Part shown: piece after piece, positions 1 to 11,984 of the stretch
How positions within the stretch are numbered: position 1 is the first letter of the stretch
Layout: each line of letters starts with the position of its first letter
From: an uncultured delta proteobacterium
GTDB taxonomy: Bacteria > Myxococcota_A > Polyangia > Haliangiales > Haliangiaceae
Direction: 5' to 3'
NCBI GenBank assembly: GCA_963848295.1
Contig: CAWKDB010000010.1
Location: 1,120,001-1,184,000 of the forward strand
Length of the DNA: 64,000 bases
Translations under genes and position numbers: made by a program
Notes under the pieces: model-generated
Seen by the model: the letters and a program-made list of their open reading frames with translations, nothing else
Told to the model about the DNA's origin: nothing
Databases searched by the model: none

Positions 1-2
1 TC

Positions 3-1076
3 GCGAAGGCGAACTCGACGCTCGTCGACGTCGGCAGCTGGGGCCAGGCCGAGAAGGTCGCGCGCGAAGAAGACGACAAGCGCCGCGAGGCCGACTCGCT
101 GCGCTGGCAGGCGGCCGAGCATCAGCTGCGCGAGAGCGAGGTCCGCGAATCGTCGCTGCGCCGCCAGCTCGACGGCCTCCAGGGCCGGTTGGCCGAAGCG
201 GAGGCCCGCGCCGCGGTGGCGAGCACCGCCGGTGCGAGCGACGGCGTGATCGCCGATCTCAAGATCCGCCTGAGCCGCGCCGACGAGCGGATCCGCTCCG
301 CCGAGCAGCGCTCGGCCGCGCTCGAGCACGATCTCGGTGCCGCCCGTACCATTGCCGAGCAAGCGCAGCAGGCGGTGTACGCGGCGCAGAACGCGCGCCC
401 GTCGCTGAGCGAGTTTGCCGGTTCGCCCGATCTGGAGGATCGCGTGCGGTTCGCCGAGGCCAAGGCCGCGAAGGCGCTCGCCGCCGCCAAGGCCGCGTCC
501 GCAGGCCTCACCGTCTCCGCGGCGGATCTCGCCGCGATCGAGAACGGTCTCGTCATCTCCGACTTGGAGCAGGCGAAGAAGACCCCGTGGCTCGCGATCA
601 GCGGCGCGTTCGTCGCCGGCCTCCTGCTCATGTTCGGGATCACCCGCGTCATCGCGCCGAAGCCAGCGCCCGCGGCCGCTGTCGCCGCCGCGCCGGCGCC
701 CGCACCGACCGTCGAGCCGGCCCCCGCGCCGGCCAAGCCGAGTGTCACGCCGATCGAGGCCGCGCCGGCTCCGCCGCCGGCACCCGCGGCGGTGGCGCCC
801 GCGCCTGCTGCGGCCGTGGCGCCCGCGCCTGCCCCAGCGCCGGCTCCTGAGGTCGCGCCTGCGGCCGTCCCGGCCCGGGCACCTGCCCCGGCCCGCACCG
901 TGGCAAAACAGCACCATGCGACCCCGGCTCACTCCGCCCCGAAGGCGGCACCGAAATCGACCTCGGGGATCGCAGACCCGTTCGCAGACACGGCCAAGCC
1001 GGCAAAGCCTGACAAGAAGGCGCCCGACAAAAAGGCGCCCGACAAAAAGGCCGGCGGCCTCGTCGATCCGTTCTGA
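3..1076 (+). CDS. 5'-partial membrane-anchored protein: coiled coil, one TM helix, Pro/Ala-rich C-terminus
   Basis: Frame of ORF 189..1076 is open from position 3; heptad-like N-part, TM segment WLAISGAFVAGLLLMFGI, AP-rich tail ending GLVDPF. Confidence 0.75.
   Translation, partial: AKANSTLVDVGSWGQAEKVAREEDDKRREADSLRWQAAEHQLRESEVRESSLRRQLDGLQGRLAEAEARAAVASTAGASDGVIADLKIRLSRADERIRSAEQRSAALEHDLGAARTIAEQAQQAVYAAQNARPSLSEFAGSPDLEDRVRFAEAKAAKALAAAKAASAGLTVSAADLAAIENGLVISDLEQAKKTPWLAISGAFVAGLLLMFGITRVIAPKPAPAAAVAAAPAPAPTVEPAPAPAKPSVTPIEAAPAPPPAPAAVAPAPAAAVAPAPAPAPAPEVAPAAVPARAPAPARTVAKQHHATPAHSAPKAAPKSTSGIADPFADTAKPAKPDKKAPDKKAPDKKAGGLVDPF
1008..1051 (+). repeat. 15-bp coding tandem repeat (PDKKA x3)
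   Basis: cctgacaagaaggcg/cccgacaaaaaggcg/cccgacaaaaaggc. Confidence 0.8.
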
Positions 1077-1155
1077 GGCCCACGGATCTCTGACGTTGAT
1101 CTCGCAGTCCCGCTGAGTTAAAGACCTCCGCTGCGGTCGTAACCGGAGGCCCTCG

Positions 1156-2526
1156 GTGACTCGGATCATAGTCTGCATAGCGATTGCGCTCGTTTGCGTC
1201 GGCCCGGCGCTCGCCGACGACGCGCCGCCGACCGCGGCTCAACTCGAGGCCGCCAAGAAGGCGTTCCTGGAGGGCAAGGCGCTGCACGACGCCGGCAACC
1301 TCCACGACGCGATCGAGAAGTTCAAGGAGTCGTACCGACTCACGAAGAACCCGCTGCTGCTCTACAACATCGGCTTCACGATGGATGAGGCGAGCAAGAA
1401 GGATCCTTCGCTCAAGGACCTCGCGCTGTTCTACTACCGCAAGTTCCTCTCGGACTCGCCGCAGAACGCAGCGCAGCGCGGCACCGTCGCGGATCGCGTG
1501 AAGGCGCTCGAGAAGGAGAAGCTCGACGCCGATCTCAACGCCCCGCCCACGACCCCGACGACGCCGCCGACGACGCCCACCCCGCCCACGACGCCGACGA
1601 TCGCGCCGACGACGCCGACGCCCCCGACCGAGCCACCCGCGCGCCACATCCAGATCAAGCCGCCGGGCACGTACGACATCGCCGACTTCGAGCATCAGGT
1701 CGTCGACGCCGCGCCGCCCGGTAAGCCGCTCGACGTCACCGCGTTCGTCCCCGAGGACTCGGGCTGGACGGTGACCTTGAACTACCGTGGCGCCGGGGAT
1801 GCGAGCTTCACCGCGAAGCCGATGAAGTGGCATTACAAGGAGCTCGTCGCGCGCATCCCGGCGCGTAAGATGTCGGGGAGCTCGATCCAGTACTACATCG
1901 AGGTCAAGGACCAGGCCGGCGCGAAGGTGACGTCGTCGGGCAAGTCGGTGAGCCCGAACCTCGTCACGATCGACGCCTCGGCCCAGCCGCGGTTCTTCCC
2001 CGACATCACCGACGAGCCCGAGTCGACGACCGGGACCGGCACGACCGAAAATCCGATCGCGCCGAATCCGAACCCGGGCGGCAGCACCGACCAGCCGAGC
2101 GGCAATGGCTTGCTGGACGTCGGCTCGAGCAAGTTCAAGTACGCGAAGTGGGGCACGACGGGCGCGGCCGTGGCGCTGTTCGCCGGCTCGGCGATCTTTT
2201 ACATCCAGGCCGGGCAGCAAGCGGACGCGCTCGTCGCCGACGCGAAGACCACGCATCCGGGCTGCGCGACCCTGCCATGCACGTTCGACGGTTACGATCG
2301 AAATCTGCAGAGCGCCGGTCAGCTCGACCAGACGCTGTCGCAGATCACGTTCGGCGTCGGCCTCGTCGCGACGGCCGCCGCGGGCTATCTGTGGTACCGC
2401 CAGCTCAGCCACAAGCCGCACGGCGAGACTGCGACGAACAAGCCAGCCGAGCCGGAGATGAGTTGGATCGTGGTGCCGTCGCTCGGCGATGGCTATGCAG
2501 GCGCCGCTGCGGCGACGAGGTTCTGA
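1156..2526 (+). CDS. Secreted TPR protein with PT-rich linker, beta-sandwich domain and C-terminal hydrophobic segments
   Basis: Signal peptide, TPR-like AIEKFKESYRLTKNPLLLYNIG, PTT repeats, GGAGG RBS upstream, C-terminal GYAGAAAATRF. Confidence 0.8.
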   Translation: MTRIIVCIAIALVCVGPALADDAPPTAAQLEAAKKAFLEGKALHDAGNLHDAIEKFKESYRLTKNPLLLYNIGFTMDEASKKDPSLKDLALFYYRKFLSDSPQNAAQRGTVADRVKALEKEKLDADLNAPPTTPTTPPTTPTPPTTPTIAPTTPTPPTEPPARHIQIKPPGTYDIADFEHQVVDAAPPGKPLDVTAFVPEDSGWTVTLNYRGAGDASFTAKPMKWHYKELVARIPARKMSGSSIQYYIEVKDQAGAKVTSSGKSVSPNLVTIDASAQPRFFPDITDEPESTTGTGTTENPIAPNPNPGGSTDQPSGNGLLDVGSSKFKYAKWGTTGAAVALFAGSAIFYIQAGQQADALVADAKTTHPGCATLPCTFDGYDRNLQSAGQLDQTLSQITFGVGLVATAAAGYLWYRQLSHKPHGETATNKPAEPEMSWIVVPSLGDGYAGAAAATRF

Positions 2527-2528
2527 TC

Positions 2529-3122
2529 ATGCGCGGGCTCTTCATCGTCTCTCTGTTCACGACCCTCGCGGCCTGCGGGGCGTACTCGCCGAACCTGCCG
2601 CCCGATCCGTTCGTGTGCGGAGACTCGGATCCGAAGTGTCCGGACGGCTTTGCCTGCGTGCAGTCGGGCAGCCAGATGCTGTGCATGTCGACCGGCGGCG
2701 GTGGTGGCGGCGGCGGTGACAGTGGCACGTTCATGTGTGACGACGACAGCCAGCTCGAGGGCACGACGCGCAACGATACGATCGCGACCGCATTTGTCGC
2801 CGACGTCGCAGGACACGACAATATGCTCGTGTTCGATGGCGCGGCGATCTGCCCGGCGACCGACGTCGATGACTATGAGTTCACGCTTGCGACGACGATG
2901 ACCATCGAGGTCCGCGTCGAGTACTACAACGGCGGACCACTCGAAGCCGCGATCCTCGCCTCGAGCGGCGAAGTGGACAAGGCAGCGACGACGCTACAAG
3001 GTTCGACTAACACGCTCGACGCAGTGATCAGCGGTGCGCCGGCGGGTACCTACTACGCTTCGGTATTCAGCTCGGGCAGCTCCGAGAACAACTACAAGAT
3101 TACGATGACGCTCACGAACTGA
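2529..3122 (+). CDS. Cys-rich lipoprotein with PPC-like (pre-peptidase C-terminal) domain
   Basis: ATG at 2529, lipobox LAAC, C-x6-CPDGFAC, DVDDYEF...GTYYASV motif. Confidence 0.75.
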   Translation: MRGLFIVSLFTTLAACGAYSPNLPPDPFVCGDSDPKCPDGFACVQSGSQMLCMSTGGGGGGGGDSGTFMCDDDSQLEGTTRNDTIATAFVADVAGHDNMLVFDGAAICPATDVDDYEFTLATTMTIEVRVEYYNGGPLEAAILASSGEVDKAATTLQGSTNTLDAVISGAPAGTYYASVFSSGSSENNYKITMTLTN

Positions 3123-3125
3123 GCG

Positions 3126-3308
3126 TCACGCCGCGAGCGTGAGCTTGACCGCCCAGCGCCGGGTCTCGGCGGTGAGCTCGTCGTCGTCGCCCGCAGCGGC
3201 TGTAAGCTTGGTCAGCGCGGCGCTCGCACCGCTGCGATCATCGGCTCGCCAGCACGCGCGCAGCTCCAGGCGCAGCAACGCGATGTTCTTGGCCTCGGCG
3301 TAGCTCAT
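3126..3308 (-). CDS. Small hypothetical protein (60 aa)
   Basis: MSYAEAKNIALLRLELR..., GGAGGGG RBS just upstream of ATG at 3308. Confidence 0.6.
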   Translation of the reverse strand: MSYAEAKNIALLRLELRACWRADDRSGASAALTKLTAAAGDDDELTAETRRWAVKLTLAA

Positions 3309-3487
3309 AGCCCCTCCAAGGAATCGTCCAGGTTCACCTTTCGCTGAGGGGGGCATGGCGTGGCAACTTTTCTGACGTCGGAGAGCCAGAAACATTCTGG
3401 TGGTCCCCGTCGGTCCCCGAGTTTGACGGATCCACGGTGCACAGGGTACCCTGGTGAAAACCTGAGTATTTTTCAGGGGGAAACTGG

Positions 3488-5184
<1,697 letters not shown>

Positions 5185-6296
5185 ATGGCCCAGCTCAACC
5201 TGCAAGCGCTGCTCAAGGCGATGCTCGACAAGGGCGCGTCGGATCTCCACATCACCGCCGGCTCGCCGCCGCGGTTGCGGATCGACGGCGAGCTCGTCCG
5301 GTTGCAGACCGACGAGCTGACCCCGGTCGACACCAAGCAGCTGTGCTACTCGGTGATGAACGACGCGCAGAAGCTGCGGTTCGAGGAGGACCTCGAGATC
5401 GACTTCTCGTTCGGCGTGCGCAACCTCGCGCGGTTCCGCGCGAACGTCTACATGCAGCAATCGTGCGTCGCCGGCGCGTTCCGGCTCGTGCCGTACAACA
5501 TCATCCCGCTCGAAGAGCTCGGCCTGCCGCCGATCGTCACCGAGCTGACCGAGCGACCGCGCGGCCTCGTGCTCGTCACCGGCCCGACCGGCTCGGGCAA
5601 GTCGACGACGCTCGCGTCGATGATCGACCGGATCAACACGCGGATGCGCGGTCACATCGTGACCGTCGAGGATCCGATCGAGTTCCAGCACAAGCACAAG
5701 GCGTGTCTCGTCAACCAGCGCGAGATCGGCCGCGACTCGACCTCGTTCAAGCGCGCGCTCAAGTACATCCTGCGCCAGGATCCCGACGTCGTGCTGATCG
5801 GCGAAATGCGCGACCTCGAGACGATCGAAGCTGCGCTCGCGATCGCGGAGACCGGTCACCTCGCGTTCGGCACGCTGCACACGAACTCGGCGGTCCAGAG
5901 CATCAACCGTATCGTCGACGTGTTCCCGTCGCACCAGCAGAGTCAGATCCGCGCGGTGCTGTCGTTCGTGCTCGAAGGCGTGATCTCGCAGACGCTGATC
6001 CCGAAGGCGACCGGCAGGGCGCGCGCTCGCCGCCGAGGTGATGATGCCGAATCCCGCGATTCGCAACCTGATCCGCGAGGACAAGCTGCATCAGATCTAC
6101 TCGCAGATGCAGATCGGCCAGACCAAGTTCGGCATGCAGACGATGAATCAAGCGCTGTGCGACTTGTTCATGAAGAAGACGATCACGGCTCGAGGAGGCG
6201 CTCGGTCACTCGAGCGAGGTCGACGAGCTAAAGACGATGATCCTCAACGCGGGCGGTTCGCTCGGCGGCAGTGCGGCCGCCGGCGGCTGCGGCTAA
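5185..6296 (+). CDS. pilT: Type IV pilus retraction ATPase PilT (frameshifts near 6020 and 6190)
   Basis: GASDLHI, GPTGSGKSTT, LRQDPDVVLIGEMRD, TLHTNS, AIRNLIRE motif in the next frame. Confidence 0.95.
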
Positions 6297-6311
6297 ACGG
6301 TAGGAGTCACG

Positions 6312-7516
6312 ATGGCCAAGTTCCAGTGGGAGGCTACGACCCGCGCCGGCGAGAAACGCAAGGGCGTGATGGAAGCCGACTCGGCCGAAGCGGTGGAGAG
6401 CCGGCTACGCGGCGACGGCATGACGATCGGCCGCGTCAGGAAGGAAGCGCGCGACCTCCAGATCGTCGTTCGGCTCGGGCGTCACGCCGAAAGATCTCCA
6501 GATCTTCACGCGCCAGCTCGCGACGATGATCGACGCCGGCTTGCCGCTCGTCCAGTGCCTCGACATCCTCGCCTCGCAGTCGCCGAACAAGATCTTCGGC
6601 AAGATCCTCGGCCAGGTGAAGAACACGGTCGAGCAGGGCTCGACGTTCTCCGAAGCGCTGCGCCGTCATCCCAAGGTGTTCGACGAGCTGTACGTCAACC
6701 TCGTCGCCGCGGGCGAGGTCGGCGGCATCCTCGACACGATCTTGAACCGACTCGCGATGTACATCGAGAAGGCGGTGAAGCTGAAGGGTCAGCTCAAGAG
6801 CGCGATGATCTATCCGATCGGCATCTTGGTCGTCGCGATCGGCGTGATTCTCGTGATGATGATCAAGGTCATCCCGACGTTCGAGAAGATGTATCGCGAC
6901 ATGGGCAATCACGAGCTGCCCGGCGCGACCCAGGTCGTGATCAAGATCTCGCATGGCGTTTTGAACAACTGGTACATCTGGGTGGGCGCGATCGTCGGCC
7001 TATTCGTGGGGATCGGCGCGATGCGCCGCACCGACAAGGGCAAGGAGACGATCGATCGGATGCTGCTGCGCGTCCCGATCATCGGGCCGACGCTGCGCAA
7101 GATCATCGTCGCGCGATTCACGCGTACGCTCGGCACGCTGCTGTCGTCGGGCGTGCCGATCCTCGACGCGCTCGACATCTGCGCGAAGACCGCCGGCAAC
7201 AAGGTCGTCCAAGCCGGCATCCAACGCGCGCGCGAAAAGATCGCGAAGGTCACGACATGGCGGGGCCGCTCGCCGAGTCGAAGGTGTTTCCCCCGATGGT
7301 GGTGCAGATGATCGGCGTCGGCGAGCAAACCGGCGCGATGGATCACGATGCTCCAGAAGATCGCCGACTTTTACGAGGAAGAAGTCGACCTCGCGGTGGC
7401 TGGGCTCACCGCGCTTGATCGAACCCGTGATGATGGCGTTCCTCGGCGTCGTCGTAGGCGGCTTGATCATCGCGATGTACCTGCCGATCTTCAAGCTGGC
7501 CGGAAACATCAGCTGA
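6312..7516 (+). CDS. pilC: Type IV pilus platform protein PilC (T2SS F family; several frameshifts)
   Basis: FTRQLATMIDAGLPLVQCL, AGEVGGILDTILNRLA, GEQTGAMD, AMYLPIFKLAG; AGGAG RBS. Confidence 0.95.
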
Positions 7517-9252
7517 GCACCGACCGAGACCGGACCGAGACCATCCCGGTCCCGATCGTCGCCCGCGGCGCGCCAACGCCGGGCGATTCGCTCGTCCAAA
7601 CGCCGGCGCAACCGCCGAGTGACGTCGGCCGTCGCGTGGTGCGCCTGTTGTTGCTGCGCACGCTCGTCATCACGCGTCGTGCTCGGCTTGTCGCTGTGGT
7701 TGCTCGTCCGCGGCGAGGCGCCTGCGCGCGCCGCGGTGTGGCTGCAGTCCTCGATCATCGTCGCGACCTACGTCTCGACGATCGTGTTCGGCGTGCTGCT
7801 GCGCCGCGGACTGTCACCGCGCAAGGTCGCGCGGCCGATGCTCGCGACCGACCTGCTCGTGACCGCCGCTGCTCGTCTACGTCACCGGCGGCGCCCAGAG
7901 CCCGTACGCGTTCCTGTTCGCGCTGTCGATCGTATCGGCCGGCGCGCTGCTCGTATCGGCGCGGCGCAGCGGTCGTGACCGCGGCATCGGCGGCGGCCTA
8001 CATCGCGATCGCGTTGCTCGCGTGGTCGCGCGCGATCGATCTGCCGCTGTCCGCGCAGGTTCATCCGTGGGAGCAGAGCGGCCTCGAGCTCGGTCGCACG
8101 ATCGCGGTCAACCTCGCTGCCTTGATCGGCGTCGGAGCGCTCGCGTTGATCTTCGGCGACCAACTGCAACGCGGCTCCGAGGCGCTCGCGACGACGCGAC
8201 GCGCCGCGGCCGATCTGCTTGACGCTGCACCAGGACATCGTGCGCTCGCTGAGCTCGGGGCTGATCACGACGACGCCCGACGGCACCGTGCTGACCTTCA
8301 ACCAGGCGGCGGCCGACATCTTGCGGCGACCGGCGAGCGCACTCGCGAGTCAATCGATCGACGGCGTGTTGCCCGGCTTGTCGAGCCTGCTCGCAGGCGC
8401 CGAGTCCGAGCTGCGCCGCGCCGACCTCGCGGTCGCGGCGAAGGACCAACGCCTCACGATCGGCGTCACGGTGTCGCCGCTGCGCGATGTCCGCGACGCA
8501 CGTGATCGGCCGGGTCATCAACTTCCAAGATCTGACCGAGCTGCGCCGGCTCGAGCAACACATGCAACGCGCACAACGCCTCGCGACCGTCGGTCAGCTC
8601 GCCGCCGGCATCGCGCACGAGATCCGCAACCCGCTCGCGTCGATCTCCGGCTCGATCGAGCTGTTGCAAGCATGCGCCGGTATCCGACGACGATCGCACG
8701 CTGATGGCGATCGTCCACCGCGAGATCCAGCGCCTCAACGTGCTGATCGGCGACTTGCTCGACTACGCGAACCCGCGGCCGAGCCAGCCGATCGCGCTCG
8801 ACCTCGGCGTGCTCGTCGACGAGACCCTGCAAGTCGCGCGCGGCGATCAGGCGTTCGCCGAAGTCGAGCTCTCGTGCGAGGTCGACAAACCGCTGCCGGT
8901 GGTCGGCGATCCGGCAAAGCTGCGCCAGGTGGTGTGGAACCTCGTGCGCAACGCCGCCGACGCCGCTGCCGCTGCCGGCAAGCACGTCAAGGTCACCGCG
9001 CGCACCGCGCCGCGCGAGGCGACGATCGTCGTGTCCGACGACGGCCCGGGCATCCCGAGCCAACAGCTCGAGCGGATCTTCGATCCGTTCTACACGACGA
9101 AGAAGCACGGCACCGGCCTGGGCCTCGCGACCTGTCACGCGGTCATCGCCGAGCACGGCGGCAGCATCGTGGTCGCGAGCTCGGTCGGCAAGGGCACGAC
9201 GATGACGGTGACCCTGCCGCGCGATGCTGACGGCGCCGCCGCTCCGCGCTAG
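7513..9252 (+). CDS. pilS: PilS-type sensor histidine kinase (TM, PAS, HisKA, HATPase); frameshifted, start uncertain
   Basis: VTGGAQSPYAFLF TM region, LAAGIAHEIRNPLASISGS H-box, NLVRNA, DDGPGI, GTGLGLA; position after pilC. Confidence 0.8.
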
Positions 9253-9261
9253 AGTCGGTTC

Positions 9262-9570
9262 GTGCACTGCCCGATCTGCAGCCAACCCGTCGACGGTGGC
9301 GAGCTCGTGATGGTGTGCGCTCCGTGCCACCGCACGCTCGGCGGCATCGACGTCGGCACGACCGGCGAGTTTCGCGTCCCGACGCCCGACACGTTCGAGG
9401 CCGCGACCTCGGGCGAACGCCCGAACGCGACGAACGTCTGCTCGTGGTGCGGCAAGCTCGAGGTCGACGTCAAGAAGCTGCTCGGGCGCGGCGGCGTCGC
9501 GCTGTGCAACGAGTGTGTGTCGCTCGCGAGCGACATCCTCGAGGCCGAGCTCGGCCCGAGCTGGCGCTAG
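9262..9570 (+). CDS. Protein with N-terminal zinc ribbon and ClpX C4-type zinc finger
   Basis: CPIC...CAPC and CSWCGK...KKLLG...LCNECV. Confidence 0.8.
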   Translation: MHCPICSQPVDGGELVMVCAPCHRTLGGIDVGTTGEFRVPTPDTFEAATSGERPNATNVCSWCGKLEVDVKKLLGRGGVALCNECVSLASDILEAELGPSWR

Positions 9571-9572
9571 AG

Positions 9573-10242
9573 CTACCGGCTCAACGCGTCGGCGCGCTGC
9601 CGGTAGTCGTCGGCGTATGCGGTCTGGCCTTTTTGCGCCCACGCCTTGGCGAGATCGCGGCAGCGCTCGGCTTCGAGCCGCGGCGGTAGCTCGCCACCCG
9701 CGCGCATATGGTCGAGCACCGCGATCGCATCGTCGACTCGGCCCGACTCGAGCAGCGCGCGGCCGCGCGTGTGTTGCACCGACGGCACGTCGGGTCGCAG
9801 CGCCGCGGCCTCGTCGACGAACGCGAGCGCCGCGATCGGATCACCGCTGGCGAGCCGCGCGCACGCGCGATTGTTGAGCAGCACGGTGCGCTCGGCGGCC
9901 TCGAGCGCGTGGACGTCGAGGCCGGCGAGCAACGCCTCCGCGGCTGCGCCATCGCCGAGTGCGACTCAACAAGCGGCGCGCGACAGCAGCGAGGCGCGCG
10001 CGCGGCGCTCCGAGCCAGCGAGCGACTCCGAGCAAACGATAACGGCGCGCCGCGACCGGATAGTGACCTGCTTCGAACGCGCTGTGTGCGGTGCGCGGCA
10101 GGATCAGCCATACCCACAACGCGAGCCCGCCGCCGAGCCCCGCGCCGATCAGCCCGCCGAGTCGGCCCGCGGTCAGCGTGCCCGTAACCGCGAGCGCGCA
10201 GCACGCCAGTCGCGAACCCGAGCCGCGCAACGCGAACCGCAT
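9573..10242 (-). CDS. Membrane-anchored TPR protein (frameshifted near 9950-10000)
   Basis: Hydrophobic N-terminus in ORF 9841..10245 joined to TPR-like LNNRA...HTRGRALLESGRVDDA in ORF 9573..9932. Confidence 0.65.
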
Positions 10243-10311
10243 CACGCCACTGTACTACGCGTGAATCGCCGCTCGGCGATGGGAAACTGCGATCGTTGTT
10301 CGCCGTCGCTG

Positions 10312-11286
10312 TTACGGATTGCTCACGACCATGACCCATTGAAACGTCGCCGACGTCATCTCACCGACGTGAATGCCGAGCTGCGGCGAAGCGTTGTCGA
10401 GGGTGGTGGTTCCACTCCCGGTATCGGCGATGTCGGTCGAGTCCGCCGTATTCACCACGCGGCAGTCGTACGTGTTGCTATCGCGACGCTCGGTGAGCAT
10501 ATACGTGCTTGCTCCATTCCACGGATATGCGTGTTGCTCGGCGAGCCCTGTGCCGGCCAACTGCAACTCTGGTGTGTTGCTGTAGAGCAGCGCGCAGCGA
10601 ATCCCGGAGCCGTCCGCATCCATATAGCCGTCGATGGAAGCCACTTCCGACCCGAGGACGTCGCTGGTGAGTGCAACCGAAGCGGTGATCGTCTCGTGGC
10701 CTGATGTCGGCGCCGGCCTGAAAAGCGTAGCGGTACTGCTGGTGGTGACGATCGAAGCATCGCCGGCGCCGTCGCTGGTCCATGACGAGCCGGCAGATGA
10801 CGACCAAGTTCCCGGGATCGCGCCCCGGAAGCCGTCGAAGAACGCCACGTAGTCGCCCGGCGTGTCGGGGTTCGGATCGCACGCATCGCTCACTCCATCG
10901 CCGTCCGAGTCGAGGACAGGATCCGAATCGGCATACGGCGGGCAGGGATCGCACGCGTCCCCGAAGCGATCGCCGTCCTCGTTGAACTGATCCGGGTTGC
11001 GGACCGTGGGGCAATTGTCGAGGTCATCTGTGACGCCGTCGCAGTCGAGATCGTTCGGGCATCCTGTCGCATCCACCGCGACGGCATCGCCGCTGTCGTC
11101 GGCGGCATCGAGAATCGCGCCGCACGTCGCCGTCGCACCTTGAGCTCGACAGCGCCCTTCCCCGCCGCACGTAAAGCCGCTCGGGCAGCCGGACTCGTCG
11201 GAGCAGCTGATCGCGCAGTCGCGGAAGCTCGCGCTGTAGCCGCACGACGCGAGCACGGCCGCGAGAGCGATCGTTAGCCTCACCAT
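10312..11286 (-). CDS. Cys-rich lipoprotein with thrombospondin type 3 repeats
   Basis: Lipobox LASC, CPSGFTC, DLDCDGVTDDLDNCP...DQFNEDGDRFGDACD, DSDGDGVSDACD. Confidence 0.8.
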   Translation of the reverse strand: MVRLTIALAAVLASCGYSASFRDCAISCSDESGCPSGFTCGGEGRCRAQGATATCGAILDAADDSGDAVAVDATGCPNDLDCDGVTDDLDNCPTVRNPDQFNEDGDRFGDACDPCPPYADSDPVLDSDGDGVSDACDPNPDTPGDYVAFFDGFRGAIPGTWSSSAGSSWTSDGAGDASIVTTSSTATLFRPAPTSGHETITASVALTSDVLGSEVASIDGYMDADGSGIRCALLYSNTPELQLAGTGLAEQHAYPWNGASTYMLTERRDSNTYDCRVVNTADSTDIADTGSGTTTLDNASPQLGIHVGEMTSATFQWVMVVSNP

Positions 11287-11984
11287 GAGCGGCTCCACGA
11301 CACGACGGCGCCGCTGTCGTGTGATCGCACAGTGACCGGCGTGACGTGGATCTCGTCCGTGCGATCGCCCAGGTAGTACAGCGCGGCGCCGCCGGCGAGC
11401 GCGAGCGCACCGAGCGCATCGAACGTCCAGCCGAGCGCTGCGTCGCGATGCCCGGCCGCGTCCCGGTCCGTCTCGAGCGCCCAGTTGCACGAGACGGCGC
11501 ATGCGGTTGTCACGTCGTTACCGAGCGTCGACGCGTGATGGCCGAGGCCGAGGCCGATCGCGAGCACCGCGACGCCGGCGCCCGCGGTTGCGATACCCGC
11601 GAGCTTCATCGTGCGGCCCGGCGCCGCGACAGGTCGATCGAGGACGGGCGGCTGGATCGTCGCGCCACACGTCGGCTCGAGCTCGCGGACGAAGTCGTCG
11701 GCGAGGGCACGCTGCTCGGCGGTCGGCTCCAGCGCGAGAAAACGCTTGTAGGTGAACAGCGCCGGTTTGCACTCACCTTTGAGCCGATACGCTTGAGCGA
11801 TGTTGAACAGCAGCCCGCTCGCGCCGGACAACTTGTACGAGGCCTGCCAGTCGGTAATCGCGGTGGCGTAGTCGGCTCTGTCATACGCGGCTTGACCGTC
11901 GGCATAGAGCTCCTCGGGCGTCGGCGCAGCCATCGCGCTGGCATCGAGCGCGGCGACGATCGCTGTGGCGAGCACGCGCTTCAT
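11280..11984 (-). CDS. Secreted TPR protein with C-terminal hydrophobic segments
   Basis: Signal peptide, GQAAYDRADYATAI...LLFNIAQAYRL; overlaps kinase stop (ATGA). Confidence 0.8.
   Translation of the reverse strand: MKRVLATAIVAALDASAMAAPTPEELYADGQAAYDRADYATAITDWQASYKLSGASGLLFNIAQAYRLKGECKPALFTYKRFLALEPTAEQRALADDFVRELEPTCGATIQPPVLDRPVAAPGRTMKLAGIATAGAGVAVLAIGLGLGHHASTLGNDVTTACAVSCNWALETDRDAAGHRDAALGWTFDALGALALAGGAALYYLGDRTDEIHVTPVTVRSHDSGAVVSWSRSW

Noticed and set aside
3345..3375. Sigma54 promoter upstream of pilB
   Set aside because: The GG/GC spacing and flanks do not fit TGGCAC-N5-TTGC convincingly
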